Assembly (NCBI GenBank): GCA_019058295.1
Contig: JAHPZI010000021.1
Span: 105,167 to 169,166, forward strand
From: Promethearchaeota archaeon
Lineage (GTDB): Archaea > Asgardarchaeota > Lokiarchaeia > Sigyniarchaeales > SOKP01
Direction of reading: 5' to 3'
Length of the DNA stretch: 64,000 nucleotides
The position numbers and the translations under genes are program-made. Shown in pieces: positions 19,301 through 26,895 of the stretch. The notes under the pieces are model-generated. The model ran no database searches. It saw only the letters and a list, made by a program, of their open reading frames with translations, and was not told the DNA's origin. The number at the start of each line of letters is the position of its first letter. The stretch's first letter is position 1.

Positions 19301-21361
19301 TTTCTATTCTTTTCTAAAAACAAAATCTTAATATTCATTAGAGACATCACAGATAAGAAGGAATCGGAAAAAGGAATATTAGAACATGCCAAAAAATTAG
19401 AAATATTAAATCAAATTATAATAGCCGGAAACAAAACAGAAGATTTAACATCATTATTAGAAGATATTTTAACTCAAACCCTCAAATTATTAAATTTTAG
19501 TGGTGGAGGTATATATCTTGTTAATAAAACAAAAAAAATTGCTGAATTGGTATGCTATAAGAATCTTCCTATAGATTTCATTGAATTTGTAAGATTAAGA
19601 AAGATTGATCAAGAACCAAATAAAACTATTTTTATTAAAGGTGAACCAATTTTTAGTGAAAATTATCAAATAATTGAACCCTTAATTGTTAAAAAGTGGG
19701 GTCTTTTATCTATTGTTAGTATTCCTTTATTTTCAAAGGATGAAATTATTGGAGCTTTGAATATTGCTTCAAAAACTCGTCATAAATTTACATTTCAAGA
19801 AAAAGATATACTTATTTCTATTGGACGAGAAATTGGAACTGTAATTTCTAAAATTAAAGCTGAAGAGACAATAAAAGAAGGGGAAAAATTTCTTTCAAAT
19901 ATTTTTACTAGTATTCAAGATGGAATGTGCATTTTAGATAAAGATTATAATATCATTCAGACAAATCCTACAATGGAAAAGTGGTATTCTCATAAAAAAC
20001 CACTTACCAATTTAAAATGCTATCAATTATTTCATGATAAAAATGAACCATGTGAGGATTGTGGTTGTTATCATGTAATTGAAACAGGAGAGTCTTGTAT
20101 TAAATATATTCCCCGATTAGGACCTAAAGGAAATATTTTGGGGACATTAGAGATCTACACTTTCGCATTCTATAATCAAGAAACGGGTAAAATTTCAGGA
20201 ATAATTGAATATATTCGTGATATTACAAATCAATATAAAACTGAAGAAAAATTAAAGCAGTCTGAAGAAAAATCTCGAGGAATATTAGAAAACATAAAAG
20301 AAGGCTATTTTGAAATTGATTTGCAGGGGAATTTTACTTTTTATAATGATGCGCTACATCAAATTCTTGGATATTCTGAAAAAGAATTGGGGGGTGTGAA
20401 TCTAAATAGAATAGTAGATAATCAAACGAATAGAGAATTAAGACAATTTTTCTATAATATCTTCCAAACAGAAATTCCTCAAACTAGTTTTCAATTTGAA
20501 ATTAGAAAGGGAATTATGGAAAAAAAAGTCCTAGAAACTTCCGGTTATCTAAGATATGATACAAATAAAAATAAAATTGGATTTTGTGGATTGGTTCGAG
20601 ATATTACGGAAGCAAAGAAAGTTGAGTATATGGTTAAAGAGGAGATCAGAAAACTTAAAGAACTAGATTTATTAAAGGATGAATTTATGTTCAGAGCATC
20701 TCATGAATTAAAGACCCCTTTAAATCTTGTATGTAGTGCTTCATCTCGGCTTTTAGAGTCATATAAAGATAAATTAACTTCAAAAGAAAAGCAATTGGTA
20801 GAAGTTATAAATAAAGGGGGTGAGCGATTAGAAAAATTGATTAAAGCTTTACTAGATTTATCTCAAATTGAAACAGGGAAATTGGAATTGGATAAACATA
20901 ATGAAAACATTTCAAAAATATTAGAAGGCTGCATTAATGATACCTATTATTTAATTATAGAACGTGATTTAAACTTAAAAATGGATATTCAAAAAGAAAT
21001 TTTTACTAAGGTAGATAAAATTAGATTTGAACAGGTTATATTTAATTTAATATCAAACGCAATAAAATATACACCTCCAAAAGGAACATTATCAGTAAAT
21101 TTAAAAATTCAAAACGGATTTATCAAAATTGAGATAAAAGATAATGGTGTTGGATTCACTGGTGATGAAATAAAGAAGATTTTTACAAAATTTGGTAAAA
21201 TTGAAAGATATGGAAAAGGGATGGACATAGATTCTGAGGGATCTGGACTTGGATTATATCTATCTAAAAAAATTGTTGATGCTCATAATGGTGTGATTTG
21301 GGTTGAGTCAGAAGGCAGAAATAGAGGGTCTTCCTTTATTATCAAATTACCAATTAATTAA
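16346..21361 (+). CDS. Giant multi-sensor histidine kinase (about 10 PAS modules, 1 GAF, HisKA, HATPase_c)
   Basis: PAS-linker signatures such as ITERKK.EQKLKESEEKYR recur. A GAF-like block lies around 19400-19870. H-box RASHELKTPL, N-box NLISNAIKYT, G1 DNGVGF and G2 GSGLGL are all present. Confidence 0.9.
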   Translation: MIDPNNIEELLEYSEEKYRALFDNAPFAIGIVDMEGRIVDINYYHESNGGFEKKDLIGKKFIETGVIPKNYEKVFIDVFKELVKGNTPEPKEVQIYNKKGDLIWVKIQCSFIKLGKEKLIQVITQDITEKKKTEQKLKESKFRYINFIENFHGIAFQGYQDFSIGFFHGAIEEITGYAKNAFLLGKIKWDQIIHPDDLTQYKNNIKQFHSSSKTSNSREYRIIRKNGDLRWVTETIQKFYDDKTNMEGVRGTIIDITERMNSEKKLKESEERYRLITENITDMVAIITGDFVIEHINESIHKKYLGYSKDDLLGKKSLDLIHPDDLKNILHLYKKELEVGEGRAELRYKKKNGDYIWLEIQGKKFIDIDGNEKFLAVSRDISEKKTMEQSLKKSQDEKLFILNNIPALIAFQDREHNILYANKAAGDSVNKSAEELLGRKCYEIWNIRREPCENCPVHATLISGKGELKEMTTPDGRIWQIRGFPVKDDNENIIGAIEVTAEITKRKKAEQRLKESEIKYKNLFDNFPIGIFLFDDSGNLLEGNTKVYNSFSGYPPDQSIGKSFLEIISLFKNSDELSKIFKNRAMERANGKELKPIELKLVRQDGKELWIYWHSIVLKLKNKSIIQAVVQDITERKKFDQMLRESEEKFRTLYENIAGGTLIISDDYIIRDVNERTCEITGYKKEELIGKLCDIVCPKGSASKSCPIWEGEKEGFKGMDTAIKCKDGRKNPILKNAKRILFEGKIHILENFQDISERKNAEIKLKESEEKYRSLYENSINAIILLDFNGKIIDCNSATEKICGYTKDDIIGQNYLKLPFYPKSMIKVLKERFQAISKELDLKSQELQIKRKDGNFAWVKTKISYIKIGNQNYLQVLVQDITEQKNAEEKLRESEKKYRKIFESIPDLFFLVSNDSTILDYNASSEIDFYVPPEKFMNVKLIDFFSQEIREKTLVKINDVLELKKPQILEYSIPINDKTRFFEARFLFFSKNKILIFIRDITDKKESEKGILEHAKKLEILNQIIIAGNKTEDLTSLLEDILTQTLKLLNFSGGGIYLVNKTKKIAELVCYKNLPIDFIEFVRLRKIDQEPNKTIFIKGEPIFSENYQIIEPLIVKKWGLLSIVSIPLFSKDEIIGALNIASKTRHKFTFQEKDILISIGREIGTVISKIKAEETIKEGEKFLSNIFTSIQDGMCILDKDYNIIQTNPTMEKWYSHKKPLTNLKCYQLFHDKNEPCEDCGCYHVIETGESCIKYIPRLGPKGNILGTLEIYTFAFYNQETGKISGIIEYIRDITNQYKTEEKLKQSEEKSRGILENIKEGYFEIDLQGNFTFYNDALHQILGYSEKELGGVNLNRIVDNQTNRELRQFFYNIFQTEIPQTSFQFEIRKGIMEKKVLETSGYLRYDTNKNKIGFCGLVRDITEAKKVEYMVKEEIRKLKELDLLKDEFMFRASHELKTPLNLVCSASSRLLESYKDKLTSKEKQLVEVINKGGERLEKLIKALLDLSQIETGKLELDKHNENISKILEGCINDTYYLIIERDLNLKMDIQKEIFTKVDKIRFEQVIFNLISNAIKYTPPKGTLSVNLKIQNGFIKIEIKDNGVGFTGDEIKKIFTKFGKIERYGKGMDIDSEGSGLGLYLSKKIVDAHNGVIWVESEGRNRGSSFIIKLPIN

Positions 21362-21391
21362 TTTCAAAGAGCTATTAAAATAAAAATAGGT

Positions 21392-22237
21392 TTATATAAG
21401 AGATAGTAAGCTTTCTAATTGATTAAATTTAAATGGTTTTAAAAAATAACCATCAGCACCTGTTTCTATTAATTTTTTCTTGACTTCCGATTCTGGAACA
21501 GCAGTGACATAAAAAACAGGGATATCTTTAAGATCATCATTAAATTTAATTTTTTTACAAATCTCATAACCGCTTATATCTGGTAAAATTATATCTAATA
21601 AGATAATCTTTGGTTTATAATTCTTTAACTCATCTAATCCTTGATTTCCCGTAAGAACTCCTTTGCATGTAAGATTTTTTGACTCAAAAAAATCATCTAG
21701 GATTGTTATAGCAGGTGGATTATCTTCAATTATTAAAATGTCATATTCAAATTTCTCGGGTTCAATCTCGTAGACAAGTTGATTAATTGTATTCTCAAGA
21801 AATTTGCTTTGATTGAGAATTTCTTTTATTTTTGTAAGAATATTTGGATTTAAATTGTTCGATTCATAATCAATAATTAATTGTGAAAAACCTTGTATAG
21901 TCGTTAACGGTTCTTTTAAATCATGAGAGATTCTAGAAATATCCTTTAAAAAATCTGATTTTGGTGAATTTTCAATATAAGAATTTACTGCTTTTCTAAT
22001 AAATTTCGAAATCGTAGAAAAACTTTTTTCATCTGCAAAATTCTGCCATTTTTCTTTTGTTTCATCAGAAACTAAGATTCCTATACCCTTTTTATCTATT
22101 CCATAAATTTCTTCTCCTCTTTGCCATTTCTTAAATCCTTCAGTTATAGCATTTCGCCAAATAGCTTTCTTTCCAGTTTCTGTTTCGTAACGGAGCATCT
22201 CTTCAGTTAATTTCTCTTCTTTAGTAATGAATAACAC
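21392..22237 (-). CDS. RHH-like domain, HisKA (DHp) and receiver (REC) protein lacking an ATPase domain
   Basis: GIGILVSDETKEKWQNFADEKSFSTISKFIRKAVNSYI looks like a ribbon-helix-helix. H-box ISHDLKEPLTTIQGF is present. The REC domain has IIEDN, LLDIILPD, YVTAV and FLKPF. No N/G1/G2 boxes are present. Confidence 0.75.
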   Translation of the reverse strand: MLFITKEEKLTEEMLRYETETGKKAIWRNAITEGFKKWQRGEEIYGIDKKGIGILVSDETKEKWQNFADEKSFSTISKFIRKAVNSYIENSPKSDFLKDISRISHDLKEPLTTIQGFSQLIIDYESNNLNPNILTKIKEILNQSKFLENTINQLVYEIEPEKFEYDILIIEDNPPAITILDDFFESKNLTCKGVLTGNQGLDELKNYKPKIILLDIILPDISGYEICKKIKFNDDLKDIPVFYVTAVPESEVKKKLIETGADGYFLKPFKFNQLESLLSLI

Positions 22238-22365
22238 CCATAATCATAAAATCTGATTAATCTATTTAATGAAAATTAATCTTTCTTGTTAAATAATTAA
22301 TTATCCAATTTAATAAATTTTTATTGAAAAAAAATTTTTTTTTTTAAAAAAAAAGTAAGTTTTTT

Positions 22366-23802
22366 TTATGATTCAAATAACTCTTTTATTTTTATTGCTG
22401 TTTTATTAAAGAAATTTAATCTTTTAAGTTCGATATCTGTATCAGGTGTGATATATTTTTGTCTTAAGAAATTGATCTTTTCTGTTAAATTATCAAATAT
22501 CCAAGAAATTCTTTTTCCTTGACCAAATTCGTAAAAATCTTCTTTTACACTTTTCATAATTTTATTAATCGTCTTTTTATCCATTTTTTGTTTGTCTTTT
22601 GGCACAAAAGGCGTTGTTCCATCAAAATAAGTTAAAAGTATAAAATTTCTTTCATAATTATTTATATTAATATTTTTAACTAAAAATTCACCATTAGCAG
22701 AGGTCAATTTAAGGAAGTCTAGTGCTTGTAAGTGTAAGCTTTCAATGGTTCTTAGCGCAATTGTGCAAATCAGTGAGAACATTGCCCCTATTGCCATGGA
22801 ATCGAGCTCAATCTCTGTATATTCTGATATCATCATCCCTTTATTATCGATTAAAAAACATGAATGAAACGCCCCATTATCAGATAATTCTTGTAAGATT
22901 TCCTGAAGAATTCCTGCTTTTCCTTTTTTCTGCTCCTCTTTTTCTTTAATTTTGTCTTGATCCTCTATTAACTCAGAATAAACGTTTATATTCTTTTGAT
23001 AGGCAGTTTTTTCTAATTCAGCTTTTCCAATTTCAAATTCTAACTTTTCCTTATCGAATTCAATTTTATTCTTCTCAAAATCATATTTATTTTTTTCTAA
23101 CATCAATTGAATTTTTCTAATTTGCTTCTCTCTTTCTTCGAGATCAATTTTTTTTTGTTCTAATTGCTTATTTATTTCTATAAAATGTTCTCTAGCCTCC
23201 TTTATTTTGTCACTTCGGCCTTTAAAATCAATCTTAACATCTTCTAATTCTTTATTTTTTTGCTCAAATTCTTTTATTGATGTTTCAAATTCAATTCTTT
23301 TTTCTATTAATTCTTGGTTTCTATCTTCATATCTCTGTATTGATTCTTCTAATTTATTATATCTATTATTATAATCGTCGATTTTCTCATTTAATTCTTT
23401 TAATTTGTTTTCGTAAAAGGTTTTTAGATTTTCTTCCTCTTTGGTTAAGCTAATTTCTTTTGTTTCTAATTTTTTTTTATTTGTTTTAGAGTTTTTTGTT
23501 TCTAATTTTTTTTTATTTGTTTTAGAGTCTTTTGTTTCCAATTTTTTTTTATTTGCTTTAGAGTGTTCTGTTTTTACTTTATTAGTTTCTGATGAGATTA
23601 GATTACTACTTACTTTTAGGGTTTCATCTTCTATATTTTCCTTTATAATATCTGTATAAACCTCATCAATAACTTTTTTTACATCAGCATTAATATTTTC
23701 ATCTTTAAGAAATTCTTCTTTTGTTTTAGATATATGTGATACATCATCCGTGAGACTTTTCTCATGGGCATTAATTTGTTTTTCATTATCTTTAATTGGC
23801 AT
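22366..23802 (-). CDS. Long coiled-coil protein with a C-terminal roadblock/LC7 domain
   Basis: About 300 aa of K/E-rich heptad-like sequence (KLKELNEKIDDYNNRYNKLEES...). The C-terminus GAFHSCFLIDNKGMMISEY...DSMAIGAMFSLI...NGEFLVKNI...FILLTYF fits the roadblock pattern. Confidence 0.7.
   Translation of the reverse strand: MPIKDNEKQINAHEKSLTDDVSHISKTKEEFLKDENINADVKKVIDEVYTDIIKENIEDETLKVSSNLISSETNKVKTEHSKANKKKLETKDSKTNKKKLETKNSKTNKKKLETKEISLTKEEENLKTFYENKLKELNEKIDDYNNRYNKLEESIQRYEDRNQELIEKRIEFETSIKEFEQKNKELEDVKIDFKGRSDKIKEAREHFIEINKQLEQKKIDLEEREKQIRKIQLMLEKNKYDFEKNKIEFDKEKLEFEIGKAELEKTAYQKNINVYSELIEDQDKIKEKEEQKKGKAGILQEILQELSDNGAFHSCFLIDNKGMMISEYTEIELDSMAIGAMFSLICTIALRTIESLHLQALDFLKLTSANGEFLVKNININNYERNFILLTYFDGTTPFVPKDKQKMDKKTINKIMKSVKEDFYEFGQGKRISWIFDNLTEKINFLRQKYITPDTDIELKRLNFFNKTAIKIKELFES
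23458..23565. repeat. 3 x 36-bp tandem repeat inside the coiled-coil gene (encodes SK(A/T)NKKKLETK(D/N/E) x3)
   Basis: Copies start at 23458, 23494 and 23530. They are near-identical and in frame (12 aa per unit). Confidence 0.9.
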
Positions 23803-23854
23803 TTTTAATCAAAAATTTGATATGTTATTAATTATCCAGTATATTACTTTGACC

Positions 23855-24307
23855 TCATAATAGTGAGCCTAAACTTTCAAAGAGCTCCTCTTTAGAAGTT
23901 TCTTCTTTGAAATAGTTTTTAATCTCATCAATAATTTTATTTGTTTCAAATTGAATTAATCCAAAATTAATCTTTTTAGAAAATATTACTTGAATAAGTA
24001 CGTTTGAAAATACTCTTGTTATTAATATTGAAAAATCTGCATCAAGGCTTTTGTCCATACCGGCATCAATCTTTATTTGTTCGAGCATTTTATTTTTATT
24101 GATTATTTCTATACCTCTTTCTGCCATTGATAAAATACTTGCTGAGATCGCAGCAAAATTAATATTCATTTCCTCATATTGGTCGTTTTGTTCACTATTT
24201 GAAGCTATTACTAAACCATCTTCAGTAATTAAAGTTGAACTTTTAACGCCAGTATTTAAAATAAAATCATCTAAAAGATTTATTAATTTAATTCTAATAT
24301 CTGACAT
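23855..24307 (-). CDS. Roadblock/LC7-domain protein (150 aa; paralog of 26307-26759)
   Basis: VKSSTLITEDGLVIAS...NFAAISASILSMAERG...FSILITRV...IQVIFS fits alpha-beta-beta-alpha-beta-beta-beta. It aligns end to end with the 26307 product. Confidence 0.7.
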   Translation of the reverse strand: MSDIRIKLINLLDDFILNTGVKSSTLITEDGLVIASNSEQNDQYEEMNINFAAISASILSMAERGIEIINKNKMLEQIKIDAGMDKSLDADFSILITRVFSNVLIQVIFSKKINFGLIQFETNKIIDEIKNYFKEETSKEELFESLGSLL

Positions 24308-24390
24308 ATAACATCCTGTTTTTCTTTGTCAATATTTTACTTTTTTAGCTTTAATTGTAAATAAAAAAAAAAAAATAATAATTAAATTCT

Positions 24391-24756
24391 TTAACCTAAA
24401 ACCATTTTGATTTTATCCAGAGCAGCATTTATCTCGAAATCTATTAGTCCTATTTTGGCATCTGAGGGAGCTAATGCAATTAGAGCTGCTTGCGCTAATT
24501 GATGGACAACAATAAGATTATCCTTACCACTAATTACATGTGAACTCACTTTACCTGATTTTAAAGTATCCGCAACCCTTGACCCAACTGATGTTAAAGC
24601 TGCAGTCATGGCAGCTATTCCACGCTCATCCATATCTTTATGTAAAGCGCTTGCCATCATCTGACCTTTCAAAGATATAACTGCACTGTTTGATACTTCG
24701 GAATTCTTTTCTAAATCATATAATATGTCTTTAATTTTTTCTGATCGAGCACTCAT
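24391..24756 (-). CDS. Roadblock/LC7 (MglB-like) protein
   Basis: 121 aa. VSNSAVISLKGQMMASAL...GIAAMTAALTSVGSRVADTL...SHVISGKDNLIVVHQL...ALIALA is the classic MglB/COG2018-like pattern. Confidence 0.8.
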   Translation of the reverse strand: MSARSEKIKDILYDLEKNSEVSNSAVISLKGQMMASALHKDMDERGIAAMTAALTSVGSRVADTLKSGKVSSHVISGKDNLIVVHQLAQAALIALAPSDAKIGLIDFEINAALDKIKMVLG

Positions 24757-24774
24757 TTATATTTACCTCTTTTT

Positions 24775-24900
24775 TTATTTTTTATCATAAAATTCACAAG
24801 TGTCCTTTTCCTTCGCTGTAACAAAAATTTTCTTTTTCTCACACCAGACTAATCCATCGGAATTTTCATCTCCTGCAAATTTACAATCACTTTTTGCCAC
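24775..24900 (-). CDS. Unlisted 41-aa Cys-containing small protein within the roadblock operon
   Basis: A GTG at 24900 lies 6 nt after the upstream TGA and is preceded by GAGGGGTGA. The product is MAKSDCKFAGDENSDGLVWCEKKKIFVTAKEKDTCEFYDKK with a TAA at 24777-24775. It is too short for the track. Confidence 0.35.
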   Translation of the reverse strand: MAKSDCKFAGDENSDGLVWCEKKKIFVTAKEKDTCEFYDKK

Positions 24901-24906
24901 TTTAAC

Positions 24907-25383
24907 TCACCCCTCTAAATTTATCGTGAAAATTGTTGTATTTTCTTCTGGTTTCCACTCAGCTTTTTCAACTGATCCTGTTTTTCCGGTATTTTTTTCA
25001 ATAGCACCATATAAAATAGCTACCATTGGACAGGGAGGAATATAATTGATATCATTGCCTCTAAGAACTTTTGTAATTGGTGCTAAAACACATTCTCCAA
25101 GATCAAGAACGACTTTACTATCACTAACCTCAATAATGTTTGCTCTTTGACAAAAGCCAACTTCTTTAATCTTTTTAGTAAAATCTTCTGTAATAGATTT
25201 AACATCTGATCCTCCGACCTCTAATCCGACATCCTTCATTAAACCTTTAACACCATCTGAATGAAACATCTCTGCCATTTCATTTTGAATCAGTGGAATA
25301 TTTAATCCCATTTTTAATAAGGAATTCACTGCTACACCAAAACTAATGTTTGTAAATGTCAATAAATCTTTAAATTCTGTCAT
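24907..25383 (-). CDS. V4R-like (COG1719-type) small-molecule-binding domain protein
   Basis: Conserved Cys/Gly spacing (GFCQRANI...LGECVLAP...PPCPMVAILYGAIEKNTG). Its position next to roadblock and MglA-like genes matches known archaeal neighbourhoods. The assignment comes from pattern only. Confidence 0.5.
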   Translation of the reverse strand: MTEFKDLLTFTNISFGVAVNSLLKMGLNIPLIQNEMAEMFHSDGVKGLMKDVGLEVGGSDVKSITEDFTKKIKEVGFCQRANIIEVSDSKVVLDLGECVLAPITKVLRGNDINYIPPCPMVAILYGAIEKNTGKTGSVEKAEWKPEENTTIFTINLEG

Positions 25384-25475
25384 ACTTTTTCATCTCTTTT
25401 TTTTTTTTATTATTATTTTTTTTAAAGAAAACTATTTTTTTAGTAGATTTTTTTATGAAAAGTAAATGTTATAAG

Positions 25476-25546
25476 TTATATTTAAATCTTTTTATAAAGA
25501 AAGTTTTTGTCACTTTGTGGTTCCATATAAAAAGATTTAAATATAA
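25476..25546. promoter_or_regulatory. Perfect 21-bp inverted repeat (TTATATTTAAATCTTTTTATA / TATAAAAAGATTTAAATATAA) with a 29-nt spacer in the divergent control region
   Basis: The arms at 25476-25496 and 25526-25546 are exact reverse complements. Each arm contains TATA-box-like TTTAAATA. The repeat lies between the divergent operon starts at 25383 (-) and about 25664-25679 (+). Confidence 0.6.
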
Positions 25547-25678
25547 GAAGAAAATTATATTTATGTCAGAAAAAATTATATAGAAAATGATATTTTTTTA
25601 TATTTTATAAAAAGGTATCCATTTTTTAGAAAATTATGAAGAAAAAATGAGGAGAGTTTAAAAATTAGTGAAAAAAGT

Positions 25679-26305
25679 ATAAAAATTTTCGTGACTGGAT
25701 TTTTTAATTCGGGAAAAAGTACTTTAGTACATACGATTGACGACAAAGCTATCCATGTAGAAAAGGAATTAAGCAAAACATTTAATGAAGAAAAAACAAC
25801 AACTACTACTGGTTTTGATTTGGGAAGACTAGTTTGGGCTCGTCCAAACTTAAATAACGAAACTGAAGGGGTAATTATGAGTAAGACAGAGTATTTAAGA
25901 GATAAAGATGAATATTTGGGATGGCATATAAAATATGTCGAGTTAAAAGGCAGTCCTGGCCAAATGCAATTTTCTACTGTCCGTAAAATTCTAGCAAAGG
26001 GAAGCGACGGTGTGATCTTTTTAATTGATGGATGTGATTTAGCGAATATTGGCAATGCGTTAGTCGTTTTGGAAGAAATCAAAGCAGTTCTAGGTTCAAA
26101 TATACCAATGCGAATAATTGCTAATAAATCTGATAGGGATGACTTTCATGGATGTGAGGTTATTACAAGTATGATTGGTGAAACAGTATATGTGGGTTCT
26201 GGTAAATATAATGTAGGTATAAAAGATGCAATTATTGAAGTACTTAAGACAATTTTATATGGTTTAGACCAAAATAAAATTTCAAAAGAGAGTGTGGTAG
26301 CTTAA
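25679..26305 (+). CDS. MglA-like small GTPase (COG2229 type); the start lies upstream of track GTG 25691 (ATA 25679 or ATT 25664)
   Basis: G1 is GFFNSGKST. G3 is GSPGQ followed by RKILAKGSDGVIFLIDG, compare MglA TVPGQ...RKLILKGVDGVVFVADS. G4 is NKSD. The beta1 strand (IKIFVTG) is encoded before the first canonical start. The frame opens after TGA 25637-25639. Confidence 0.8.
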   Translation: MKIFVTGFFNSGKSTLVHTIDDKAIHVEKELSKTFNEEKTTTTTGFDLGRLVWARPNLNNETEGVIMSKTEYLRDKDEYLGWHIKYVELKGSPGQMQFSTVRKILAKGSDGVIFLIDGCDLANIGNALVVLEEIKAVLGSNIPMRIIANKSDRDDFHGCEVITSMIGETVYVGSGKYNVGIKDAIIEVLKTILYGLDQNKISKESVVA

Positions 26306-26306
26306 A

Positions 26307-26759
26307 ATGGCTAACTTAAAAGAAAAACAAATTGTACAGATTCTGAAAGATTTTAGAGGAAGGACAAACATTCTATGTTCTATTTTACTCAATGAAGATG
26401 GTTTGATTATTGCATTAGATCAAGCTCAAATGAACGAAGATGATGAGTATCATTTATCTTTCAGTGCAATTTGCTCTGGTATTGTTGCATTAGCAGAAAA
26501 TGGTATTGAAACGATAAAAGAGGAAAATAATGTTAAAAAAATATCAATTCAAGCGGGAGAACAATTAGATAAGGAGGGATTTACAATTATTCTTCAATCG
26601 GTCACAAAAAATATTAAACTATCGATAATGTTTCCAACGTACTTGAATTTCGGTGTAATTCTTTTTGAATTAAATCAAACAATTCAAAGATTATCGGAGT
26701 ATTTTTCAATTCCTGAACAAATCAAAAATCTCGATGGTGTCAGTACATTAATGCAATAA
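26307..26759 (+). CDS. Roadblock/LC7-domain protein (150 aa; paralog of 23855-24307)
   Basis: The start is coupled to the GTPase stop (TAAAATG, 26303-26309). ILCSILLNEDGLIIAL...SFSAICSGIVALAENG...FTIILQSV...LSIMF fits the roadblock pattern. Confidence 0.7.
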   Translation: MANLKEKQIVQILKDFRGRTNILCSILLNEDGLIIALDQAQMNEDDEYHLSFSAICSGIVALAENGIETIKEENNVKKISIQAGEQLDKEGFTIILQSVTKNIKLSIMFPTYLNFGVILFELNQTIQRLSEYFSIPEQIKNLDGVSTLMQ

Positions 26760-26895
26760 ATTAAAAGATTTATCACTTTAAAAAAAAGTTATTTGTAAAA
26801 TTAAGGATTACAAACCAAAAGCAAATGTCTCAAGTTCAATTTATAATTGAAAATTATGAAAAAGATTTTATGAAACTCAGTAGAGAGGTTTTCTC

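Noticed and set aside
22300-22365. Long A/T homopolymer palindrome (…GAAAAAAAATTTTTTTTTTTTTAAAAAAAAAG…)
   Set aside because: It is typical AT-rich archaeal intergenic sequence, with oligo-T terminator signals for the upstream gene and the promoter of the next gene. I saw no further structure.
23458-23565. Tandem repeat that could be mistaken for a CRISPR-like or minisatellite array
   Set aside because: It has only three directly abutting 36-bp units with no spacers. It is in frame within a coding region and encodes a repeated 12-aa peptide.
25576-26082. 168-aa minus-strand ORF covering the control region and the 5' half of the GTPase gene
   Set aside because: It is antisense to a gene with clear G1-G4 GTPase motifs. 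Its product is low-complexity with no recognisable motif, and it runs through the AT-rich promoter region.
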